From positions 93,426,885 to 93,490,884 of the forward strand of contig NC_068982.1 of NCBI RefSeq assembly GCF_001194135.2: 64,000 nt of DNA. Direction: 5' to 3'. The notes beneath the pieces were generated by a model, which was not told where the DNA came from, did not search any database, and was given only the letters and a program-made list of their open reading frames with translations. The stretch is from Octopus bimaculoides (lineage: Eukaryota). Position numbers and translations under genes: made by a program. Positions 36,023-46,976 of this stretch are shown here, in pieces. Position 1 is the stretch's first letter. Every line of letters begins with the position of its first letter.

Positions 36023-36075
36023 ATACCGCTAAGCGGTTCGACTGGCGTGCTAACGATTCTGCCAGCTCGCCACTT
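36023..36075 (-). mobile_element. SINE head preceding element D
   Basis: On -, GTGGCGAGCTGGCAGAATCGTTAGCACGCCAGTCGAACCGCTTAGCGGTAT. Confidence 0.9.
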
Positions 36076-36149
36076 TAATTTATCCGTCTACCTATCTATG
36101 CTATAATGGAGATAGCTGCTTATTAATTAGGTATTATATGTTCTAAAAA

Positions 36150-37700
36150 ATTTCTTTCTTTATTGCCCACAAGGGGCCAATGAAGAGGGGACAATACAAG
36201 ACATGTGGGACATATAACATATGAAGGTGAATGATATGGCTTTGTACAAATAAAGATGAGACGGTCACTCCGGCCCCACTCCGGGATAGTTACGTTTTTA
36301 CAATTAATTCAAAATGTTTCTATAATTTTTCGTTTTTTTCTTTTTCTTTTAAAGCGTTCATTGTTCATTCAGTTTTTCCTAAAAGTTAATTCTCAATAAT
36401 TTTTTTTACTTACTACTTGATGTCTTTCTTTATCTAGTCATATTCTACCACTGGGGTGCGGGGTTCATTTCTCACCCTCGACCCCAGTGGATTCACATTT
36501 GATGGAAATGCTTCTTTTAGTGTTTTATATTTTTCTTCATTTATCAAAATACACCTCGTGTCTTTATCATAACCTTCTGGTGAGTTTATTTTTGTAATAC
36601 GTTTCATTTTTGTAATCTTTCTTTCAATTTTTTGGTTTGTGCAATGTGTTACTAATTATATCCTGTTTCTCTATGTGTTCTCACCCTGTTGTGCATTTTG
36701 TGTGTGTCTACGTCTCTGTGTTTACTTGGTGATTCCGTGCTGCTAGTGATGTTTTTCCTTTTTTTTTTTTTTCGGTGAACCTATGGGCTGCTTGTTTTAA
36801 TGGGTATGTTTCTTCCTGTGATTTATGTTTCATTTGCTGTAGTTCCTACTTGGGTGGTGTATTTCTCCTCTCTCTCTATTTCTTGTTCCTACGTTTGTAA
36901 ACTATGTGTCCTGTTCTTCGTCTCGGGATTTTTGCTCTAATTCCATTGCGCATTCTTGTGCTTCGATCTCTGGAACCTCCTTCACTTGTTGGGGACACCT
37001 TTTTTTATGTGTCCCCTCTCCCCGCAAGAAAAGCAGGTACGGAGCCTTCCATCCAATATTACTTCCAATTTTACCTCATTTAGTAGTTCTAGTATCTCCG
37101 GTATTCCAACATATTCTGTTTGATTGACTCGAAAAAACATCTCCAGCCCGTAACCCCACGAATTTATTTCTTGGGTCCGGGTTATCTGGAGGATGCTAAT
37201 GCTTTCATTTCCTTCTTCGTCTCCCACGTCAAAGATTGCCGCTATCAGCCACTCGGGTTCTATTTCAGGCGGAATTCTGCCTACCCTAACTCTTGTCCAG
37301 GTATGTAGGCAGGAGGGTTCACTCGTCCGAATGTAACGGCACAGCGGAGTACTTTTTGGAGGCGAAAGTGACCACCACCGTGCCGTACCTTCTACTTCTT
37401 GTGTAAAAGGTAATAACGTCTTTAATCTCCTCTAGGCATTTTCCTACCTCTTCCTGTGCTGCCATATCCACTTTTCTCTTGCTTCTCGAGAACGTTCTGT
37501 ATATAATCTCTTTTTTTTTCCCCCCCCATTTCTTTCAATTCTTCTTCTGTTGGGGTCAAGTTTATGTTAGACCCTTCTTTCTGTATCCTTTCTTGGTATT
37601 TTTGTATGAGCACGTCTTTGAAATCTACTTCATATTACTTCAGCAAAGTTGGGTCATGTTTGAACTTGTAGTGAAACCTCTATCGGGCATTCAATCATAA
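36150..37700 (-). mobile_element. ORF1/gag-only retroposon copy G (decayed)
   Basis: WGYGLEM..ILDGRLRTCFSCGERGHIKK; tail GTCCCCTCTTCATTGGCCCCTTGTGGGCAATAAGAAAGAAA. Confidence 0.8.
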
Positions 37701-37789
37701 ATGATAACGAAGCTGCTAACATCTAGCCTTCGGCTGCCTTGGTCCCTTCTGTCCACTATCCTGATTAGTTCTTATTTGCGCGGCAATTG

Positions 37790-38580
37790 TCCCCATGTTC
37801 TGCTTGCTAAGGGGGCATTACGTCCAATCGTAGCTTCAGCTAAAGTCACGTGATAGAGTTTTACTGGGTTTCCGGCGAGCCCTTTTTCGCCTATAAATAA
37901 GCCCGATCCAACGACGGCAATCGTCTTCGATTTCAGATCTTCCACAGGTCTGGTCGTTGACCACAAATATACAGAACACAGCTACAGCCAGTTCCAGCGC
38001 CGACGTCTTCACCACCAATGTACTGTCTACCTTTGTCGTCGCCAGCAACACCAACCTCAACAAGCGCGGTTTTATCTCGACGCTGTATGCGTGGAGTTTC
38101 CACTCGCGAACAACAATCAGAACTAACCAGCCAGAATAAACTATACCAGGTAACACAGGTCACAGCTCTGCTACTTGGCCACAACTTCCTGCGTATGAAC
38201 ATTCTATCTCCTTGTGTAACTCTTATACGAACTGGTTTTCTCTATTCTCAGTGTTTTAAGACTTTTTACAGTCTGTTACAGACACTCTTTCTATGTTCTG
38301 TGTTTCCTCTCATTCTCACGCACACTTGTACTCTCACATATTGTACACTCACTATTGTTTATACGACTGTCCGTCACTTCACATTGTTGTATACATTCTC
38401 TTGAACACAAAGGCCCGACTTATCTACTGCGTTAATTTTATATGTCGCATGCACGCGCACACAGACACAAACAGTTTCACTTTGTTAATAAATTTATTCT
38501 CATTATATATCTAACGGTTGAGTTCATCCTAAGTTCTTTTACTGGCACCATGGCTCGTATCTCTTACGACCGTGCGACAT
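37790..38580 (+). mobile_element. LTR-like segment
   Basis: TATAAATA near 37872, AATAAA near 38487, ends ..GTGCGACA, and truncates element H; no TSD found. Confidence 0.35.
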
Positions 38581-40025
38581 GGTAAAAAGGAGCCTTTACC
38601 GTCTACATCTCCTTTGGTTCGTACGGTCGAATTATTACAAACTCACTTCGGAGTAAATTGATATTGTTCATATCAATTTTAAAAATTTCAGTGCCTTTTG
38701 GTGCGTCAAATTCTTTTATCATTCTTGCTGTTGGGATATTTTAAATTTTCGTAATTAAACATTCATTTTTCGCATTTATCACTATTAGTTGTGCCGAATG
38801 GTTAAAAATAATTTCCATTTGGGGGGGGGGGGTTCTGAATTTTCTATATTATTTTGTTTTTCTGTGCTTTTCTCAACATCGGGCTTGATGGTACAAGTTG
38901 ACAATAGTTTCTCTTTTGCCTTTTTTCCTTCCGTTGTTGTTGCCACCCCACGTCTTCTGTATTTTCTGTCATTTCTTCTGTTGGTCTTGGTGATAATTCT
39001 GTGATGATGGCGATGTTGTTTTAAAGGTGGGGGATTTGGTGCTTCCTTGCGGGGAGGTTTGCATTTGGATATGATGTGACCTAGCTGACCACATCTAAAA
39101 CACCGAGGCTTCCTCCCTTCTACCATTACCTGAAGCTTGTTATCCCCCACCTCGACAAACTCTATTATATTTTCAACGTCAACAGGGAAAGCTTGAACAC
39201 TCATGTTGATCTCCTTCCCTTGCCAATTTTGGCATTCCGTCACCCTGGCTTGTAAAATTGCCATTTTATCCTCCATGCCATAACATATTTCTGTCACAAG
39301 ATAGCCTGCATTCACTTCCGGAGGAATTTCACCCGCTTTAACCCTAGATGTTCGTCTTCCCAGGTAAGTGAGTAAAAGTACCACCTCCGCTGTCCTTGGT
39401 ATTTCGGTAGAGTTTAGTTTTACCAGTTCCTCGGATTTGTAGTATTACGTATTTTTTTCCTCTTGCTAGGAAGGTGATGTCATTTCATTTCTGCTTCAAA
39501 GCTAGTTCCACAGCTTCTTTGGAAGTTATATCCAATATTTTGTCTTTTACAATCCAACTTTTGTAAATTACAGTTCTCTTTTTAACACTTTCCATTGTCT
39601 CATCGGTAGCGGCAATTTTTAATTCCTGCCCTTCCCTTTGAAACTTCTCGTTATACTTTCTCAACTCTTTTGGTTCGGAGTTTATTTTAGTTTTTGCCAC
39701 ACTGGCTGCTGCAGTGAAATTTTAAACTCCTTTTTTGCTTGTTGGTTCCATCGTGTATTTTGTAGCTTGGGGTTCTATGACTGGAGTCATGTTGTTAGGT
39801 ATACTGCCCCAGCGAATAACAACTCCCCCTTGAAACAAGGGGGACACGTCAACGAATACTTTCACAAACAATAGCAGTGTTCAACAAATGTAACAACATA
39901 AAAGCTCAACAGATTAACAACAGTATATGTAACTCACAATAAAACCTCCAGCACAGCAATAGAACAAAATCTTATTCAGTACCACTAAGCCAAATAAACA
40001 AGCAAGTTGCGCGAATGACTGCAAC
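38581..40025 (-). mobile_element. ORF1/gag-only retroposon copy H (3' end lost)
   Basis: KRTVIYK..LLLTYLGRRTSRVKAGEIPPEV..VEGRKPRCFRCGQLGHIISKC; 5' end abuts a (CA)n tract. Confidence 0.8.
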
Positions 40026-40484
40026 AGTGACGCACACACACACACTCATGCCCACACATAGATACACATACACACAAATGAAAGGCAATGAATGTGTGTG
40101 TGTGTGTAGTATGCTATTCACTGACAAAACTTCGTGCTGCATCACTTTTGTGAAGTTTTGTCAGTGAAGAAGCCACAGTTTGAAAGCGACGAAAATATCT
40201 TAACACAAATGGAATTTTTATGTTGAAGTGAAACTAACGGTTTTTGTGTGTTCTTGAATGGCTTACTAACATTTTCCACACTGCAATTGTTTTTGTTTCA
40301 GCAAACAATCTCAGATCAAGTCACTTACTATGCAAGTACATCTCCGTAATTTTTTCAAAATCACTGTGGATCAAAGCCAGCAATGACCTTCTCAGGCTCT
40401 CCAATATTTTAATTTCTAAACAGAAACAATTGGGAGTGGGGTTGGACAAAATTCATAATTTCTCAAATTTTCTTTTTTATAGCA

Positions 40485-41791
40485 TACTAGCAGTATAGCC
40501 CGGCGCTGCACGGGATTAAGCTAGGATTATTAAGTGACCAAGTGGTTTATTTCAAACCAAAATAAGTAACATGGACATCAGATTTGAGCGAAATCCGTTG
40601 AAATTGGTTTGGCTGAAAATGGTTTGCTGGCAATTTAATTGGGAAATCCCATAAGGAATCAGTTTATTGGTTATTTCCACTCATTGACTGTTTTTTTTAA
40701 AGTTGCATCAGAGATCTGCATAGGAAAAGGTTGATCTGAAGGTTTGCATTGGGGATGTGAATTGGAGTAACTTAGGAAAACTTACCAATAGCCTTAACCG
40801 AAAAATAAGGGGCTTGTCCCTTCTAGGTTAACTCTAACCCTAACCCTGACCCTAAAACTGTAACCCTAACACCAACCCTAATCCTAACCGTAAAACTCTA
40901 ACCCTAACCGTAACACCCTAGTGGAAATCGTGCGGTTGTTAATCTGAAACATTACAAAACCCATTTTGTGGTCCGAAAAACGGGTTGGGGGCGGTGACTG
41001 ACAAATTGTTACATACGTTTTTGTTTCATAGTTGTGAAATATAAGCAAAACTCTTTCGCTCCCAAAGTAGTATATGTGCGTGTGTGAGAGTGAGAGGGGG
41101 GAGAAAGATGAACGATTTAAAACAAATAAATGATTTAAAATAAATATATTTGAATTGTTGTGTGAGAAAATATATATAATCTCATTATAGAATATAGTGT
41201 CTTTCAAAAACATCGTATATTTTAAACTATATCTCATGTTTAAGAAAAAAAAATGTTTTTACATTTTACACTTACTCTGTCTTAACTACATTTTCATTCC
41301 TAATACGCTTTCTGTCTCCCTTTTCCACTTTTTCGTTCTTTTGTTTGTTTGTTTGTTTTTTGTTTTTGTTTTTTGTTAGACGCTAGCAAAGTAAACTGTC
41401 TTGCTTAGAAAAATTTGCTTTGATTTCTGTCTGCCTTAACCACTTTTTTCATTTTTTTTTTTTGGACGCTAGCAAACACTATCTCTCTCCTGTCACAAAC
41501 ACACTATTTCTTTCTTTCTTTCTGTCTCTGTCTCTCTCTCTCTCTCCTTCACGCGCGTACGCACAGATTTGACTTCGCCATGTCAACAAACTTCAAAATT
41601 GATAAAAGTTTATCGACTTTTACAGCTATACGCGGGTGCCTCTGAGAGAAATATTTGGCGAAAATGCACATAATGTCATGACACATCACCTCCTAAAATT
41701 GGAGCGACATGCGTGCTAATTTGTGGACTTGCATAAACTACATTCACGTACACACACACACAAACATCCTCTCTTTTATATATATACAGAT
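40485..41791. mobile_element. Helentron/DINE-like non-autonomous element
   Basis: Starts TACTAGCAGTATAGCCCGGCGCTGCACGGG, has internal microsatellites, ends (CA)n..CTTTTATATATATACAGAT. Confidence 0.55.
40829..40920 (+). repeat. Degenerate telomere-like (TAACCC)n array
   Basis: TAACTCTAACCCTAACCCTGACCC..TAACCCTAACCGTAACACCC. Confidence 0.85.
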
Positions 41792-42539
41792 AAATGTATT
41801 TATGGAGGGGGGTATTTTACCGAAAATATTCTTCCTCTGGTTTTGAAGTGCAAAAAAAAAAATTATTCAAAATAGGTCTGGAGGGGGTATATAAAAAAAG
41901 AGTTTTCAAAACTTTTTTCATACAAAGATTCCACACACCAAACCCATCATTTCGAAGGCTGTGGCTTAAAAACAATGGGGAAAAACCCTGAAAAACTTTT
42001 CCCCACAAATTTCTTTATAATCGTAATCTATGCTGTTTAAAAGGGATTTGTATAAATTTTCATTAAAAAATACCCATCTTCCTAAAAGTTATGAGGGAAA
42101 AAAGTCAGATGATGTGAATTTACCGAAACTCCTCTCTCTATCCCCTCGGAAAAATTCTTTCTCATAAATCTCTATATACTCTGAAGCCAAAACATCTAAG
42201 CGGTATTTGTAGAAAATTTTGTTAAAAAGCATCCATTTTTCTGAACGTTATGAGGCAACAAAGTCGGAGGCGTATACATTTGTAATAATGCCCTTTTGCT
42301 TATACGATTTTTTCCTTTCATGTTTATTTCATTCATTGTTACAATGTTCTCCCCACCCTATCTCAAACACACACTGCAAAGCTTGCAGACGGGCCTGCTG
42401 AATTGAAATCTCTTTGTTGCTTTGTGGGGAAGGTAAAACTTGATAAACTGCTTCTCCCTCTCTTGTTGGACTACTGTGGTGTTTAAAAAAGGGAGATTAT
42501 GACTGTGATAAAATAATGAAAGCAATATTTACTCAGCAA

Positions 42540-42755
42540 AAGGTGGTGAGCTGGCAGAAGGGTTAGCACGCTGGGTGAAATGCTTAACGGTATTTCGTCT
42601 GTCTTTACGCTCTGAGTTCAAATTCCGCTGAGGTCGACTTTGCCTTTCATCCTTTCAGAGTCGATAAATTAAGTACCAGTTGTGTACTGGGGTCGATCTA
42701 ATTGACTAGACCCTGCCCCAAAACTTCAGGCTTTGTGTCTAAAGTAGAAAAGAAT
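42540..42755 (+). mobile_element. tRNA-derived SINE (GGCGAG-head family), uninterrupted
   Basis: Full head, TTAACGGTATTTCGTC target site, B box and tail; shows the empty-site sequence. Confidence 0.9.
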
Positions 42756-43069
42756 ATTTACTAAGCAACTGAGCACTATTATACAAAGAAATAATTTGAC
42801 TTAAAATATCTAAATTATTTTGTTGTCTGGGAAGAGTCATTCTCTTTTAGTGCCTTGCAATTTAACACACTCACCGGTAAAGTTTCCACTCATTTACTTA
42901 TTTATTTTTTAAAATTTTCGTTGCATCTTGCAACCTTTACAATAGAATCTTGCAAACCAAATCCAAAAACGAAATAAAAATTATTAGAATTAGGAATCAA
43001 ATGTGAAAATATTATCAAGGGGCCAGCAGAAAATCGCCCGAAGGGTGGGATTTCTGCTAGTAACAAGAA

Positions 43070-43400
43070 TAATCTTTTCTATTATGGGCACAAGACCTGA
43101 AATGTGGTGGAGGGGACTAGTTGATTACATTGACCCCAGTGTTTCACTGGTATTTAATTTATCCACCCCGAAATGATGAAAGGTAAAGTCGACCTCAGCA
43201 CAATTTGAACTCAGAGTGCAAAGTGGATGAAATGTCGCTATGCATTTTGTCCAAACGTACTAACAATTTGGCCAGCTCACCACCTTAATATAGGCACGAG
43301 ACTTGAAATTTTAGGTAATAGGGTTAGTTGATTATAATGACCACAGTGCTCAACTGGTAATTACTTTATTAACCCCGAAAGGAAGTTAGTTAACCACGGC
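43070..43400 (-). mobile_element. Tandem SINE copies
   Basis: Full copy ~43070-43290 plus a 3' fragment ~43290-43400; another fragment at ~44250-44420. Confidence 0.75.
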
Positions 43401-43499
43401 AAGATTTTTACCTTTGAATGCCTCAAAACCTTTTTTCGATGCTGTAATGATTCCACCATTCAACCACTCAAAAGAAAATAATGAGTATATAAACAATAA

Positions 43500-44230
43500 T
43501 TCTTTCTTTATTAACCACAAGGGCTCAAAGAAAAAAGACAATAGAAAATGGCAAAAATACAAACAAAGTGGGATGTTTGTGGTAGGTATTAAAAATCAAT
43601 AACAAATAGTAAATTTCCAGAACAGGAGGGATAGCTGTTTAGGGACCAATCAAGAAAACTCCACAAAACTTTGATAACCCTACTCAGAGAAGACCCGTTT
43701 ACTCGGACCATCCTTGCTACTTTCATCCACTTTTCAACGCATTTGCTGAGAAGTAGTAATTCCGTCTCCAAATGAAACTTGAAAAAGGTGATGGAAGCTT
43801 GACCAGAGAAGATTTGTCTTCAGTTCTTTGAGTTTCGTAAACTACACAGCCTTTTTTGCCACAATCACCAGATAAAGGAAAATTGCCCAGCCTTCTCAGG
43901 CAAAGAAAAGCAGCAAGGCGATCTTTATGATGGGTCCAGGTGATAGGCAATGAATCTGCAACAACACCTGTTTGACAAAGCTCCAGTCACACTGTCGCAC
44001 CATGCACACTGCAGATAGATACAACCGACGGCACTTCTGTGCTTGTAGAATTTGTCTTGAACATCACTGCTTCCCCAGGCAATGGATTTTTAGCAAAGTT
44101 TCAACAACCACAATTACCATTGACACCTATACATAAACTCTTCAAATTAACCGAAAACTCTTACAGAATCCTAAAAATTAAATCTCCAGGTGATGCTGGA
44201 AGTTTCTGTAATAAGTTACACAAGACTCTT
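43500..44230 (-). mobile_element. 3' end of a Tx1/L1-like LINE (ORF2 C-terminus plus 3' UTR), decayed
   Basis: KSIAW..VQDKFYKHRSAV, FLYLVIVAKKAV*FTKLK, FKFHLE..KWMKVARMVR resemble Tx1 ORF2 C-termini (recalled, not searched); terminus GCCCTTGTGGTTAATAAAGAAAGAA. Confidence 0.65.
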
Positions 44231-45386
44231 TGAAGGATTCCATTTATGTTATTTGAGAGGGGTGGAATTAATAATAGTTTCAAATTTTGGCACAAGGCCA
44301 GAAATTTCAGGGGAGGGACTAAATCGATTGTAATGATCCTTGTGCTCAACTGGTATTATTTTTATCAACCTTGAAAGAATGAAAGGTAAAGTCAATCTCG
44401 GTAGAATTTGAAATGTTTCGTTAGTTTTTTTTTTTTTTTTCCCCCATCTTTAAATGTTTTGTAAAGCTTTTATCATTAATTTCTCAAAAATAACAAATTG
44501 TGATCTTTTGTATGCGCATATGAAAAACAAAAAGAAAGTGAAAAAAAGTCACCCTTCCTTACATCACAACCGTATTGTGGAGAATGAATAGATTTGATTG
44601 ACTCCAATTATCCAAAATTTTAACTTTTAATGATTTGTTATTAATTTCTACAAAGAGAGACAGGGAGAGAGAAAATGTATGCGATTTTCTTAACATGCAA
44701 AATTACGTATTTGTGGAAAATTTTGTAAAATTGGGCTCTGTAAACCAAACAGAAAAGACCTGTCTTTTTCTTTAAATGTATATTATGGTTGTATCATAAA
44801 TAGATCCTTGTTTTGTTGAAACATTCAGTTTATTTCCATACGCTTTATGTGGCATATTAAGCTCAATGAACTTCGTAGTTTTTGATCATTTCAATATATA
44901 ACACGTTAAATATTGCTTTCTCTTTTTCTCAGTTTAGAGTTTTTATAAGACAAATTATCTCTAACCACTTTTAAGGTCACTGTTTACTCAAGTGTTTGTT
45001 AATGTTTGAAAAAATAGCTGCATTCTTTCATTTTCAGAAAATTATGTTATGAATTTCACATACAAAAGAGGTCGAACTGCTTGAATGATGTGACAATGAG
45101 TACCAGTTTTAAGGCCAAGTACTTAAGACTTAAATTTCTCACTCAGCGGGATCATTTACACCACTCCAGTTGTAAAATGTTTTACTATTTTACACTCAGG
45201 TTTTCTATAGAAAAATCAACCTTTGAATGTTTGTTGTACAATGTGTCATTGTATAATGCATTACTAACAATAAGAATTTTGTTATGCCACCGTTGGTATT
45301 GCCTGAGGGAGACAGCAGTTTCTTACCTGGTGGAAATGTTTCAGCTTTTAGATTTTTATTTCAGTCTTTTTAGTTAGTCTATTGTG

Positions 45387-45388
45387 CA

Positions 45389-45448
<60 letters not shown>

Positions 45449-45510
45449 TTCTTTCTCTCTCTCTTTCTCTCTTTCTCTCTCTCACATATATATTGTGTGT
45501 GTGTGTGTGT
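45387..45510. repeat. (CT)n/(GT)n compound microsatellite
   Basis: Direct. Confidence 0.95.
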
Positions 45511-46865
45511 AAAATCCATTGTTTCTGTTTTTGCTAATTTACTTCTTCAGAAACTTAATTATATTTCAAAAATGTGTGTGTGTGTTTACATTTATAATGT
45601 TTTTATACTTATATTTTATGCTTGCATGATTGTGTAGACATATATTGTCTTACATTCAACCATATTAGACAACTCTCATAAATCACTATATCATAATCTG
45701 CACTCAATACGAGCATGATTTGTTTATGGACCAACCTTACATTTATTTATTTGGAAGCCGTCTGTAGGGGTGTGTGCATAATAACTTGTAATTGTAAAAT
45801 ACTTAAATCAATTGACATCTCAGACATTATAAACCTCTTACAGTCTAGTATGTAAGAAATGTATATTTCTCATCAAATCTGTCTCAAGCATTTACCTTTT
45901 AAATTGTCAGGTATGAATGCAATGTAAAAACGTCGGCTTTCAATCAGTTCTTTTATTTCGCTTTCTATACACTGCCGTTATTTTTTATTTCTTCTTCACT
46001 ATTATTCGTTATTTTGTCTTCATCTTCCCTTCCTTCTAAAGCAACACTGTATGTGATACATCTGACCCTTATGGGTCACTAAGCTTGATTCGCATTTAGA
46101 GAAAAGACGAGCATTGTCAAAAACCTGGTCGTTGATGCCACCCTTACTGCTTCAGACAAGTTTTCGACTGAAGTGTATACATGCTACAATGTATAGTTTC
46201 TAATTACAAAAAGTAAATATAGATACTTTTATGATTGTCAACTTATATCCGTTTGTAATTTAATTTGCTAAAGTTTATCGACTTTCTTTACTATAAAAAG
46301 CAGGAGGGTGAAAATTTAGTAAAATAATAATAGTAATAATAATAATAATAATAATAATGAAGACCAAGTTGTTGAATAATCTAGATACTCTTCTAGTGAG
46401 AGCAAGCACATCTGAAGATCCACCTGTTGACCACAGAGATACGTCATCAATTCATCTTTGTCACTAGACATCTGCTTTCTTTGTACAGGCGTAAACGTAA
46501 TTATAAAATTAGGCCATACACAACTGACTATAGAACAAATACTCTGGGTATCATATATAAAAACACTCCCTGATACATTTTATGGAGTCGTGTTAATTTC
46601 TTTTATTTATATATTTATTTTTAACTCTCAATCTTTTAAGCTTTTGAATCTTTACTTTTGAGGCAGGGATAACTTGAAATTGCAATTAATTCCCTGTATT
46701 AAGCCTATTGAAGATATAACAAAAGGAATACAACTTCTAAAAGACACTGTCAACTGATGAAGTTGTCGACGCTTAATGTAATCAAAAATATGTATGCTTA
46801 ACTAGTGTTACTGAACTAACAGTCTGACACACAAAACAACTATGGTCGAAGATATTTGATTTTTG

Positions 46866-46896
46866 ATCTCTCTCTCTCTCTCTTTCTTTCTCTCTT

Positions 46897-46975
<79 letters not shown>
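46866..46975. repeat. (CT)n microsatellite
   Basis: Direct. Confidence 0.95.

Positions 46976-46976
<1 letters not shown>

Noticed and set aside
32395-36075. Repeat-spacer pattern suggesting CRISPR or a bacterial system
   Set aside because: Eukaryotic context; the repeats are SINE pieces and TSDs; no cas genes or regular spacers.
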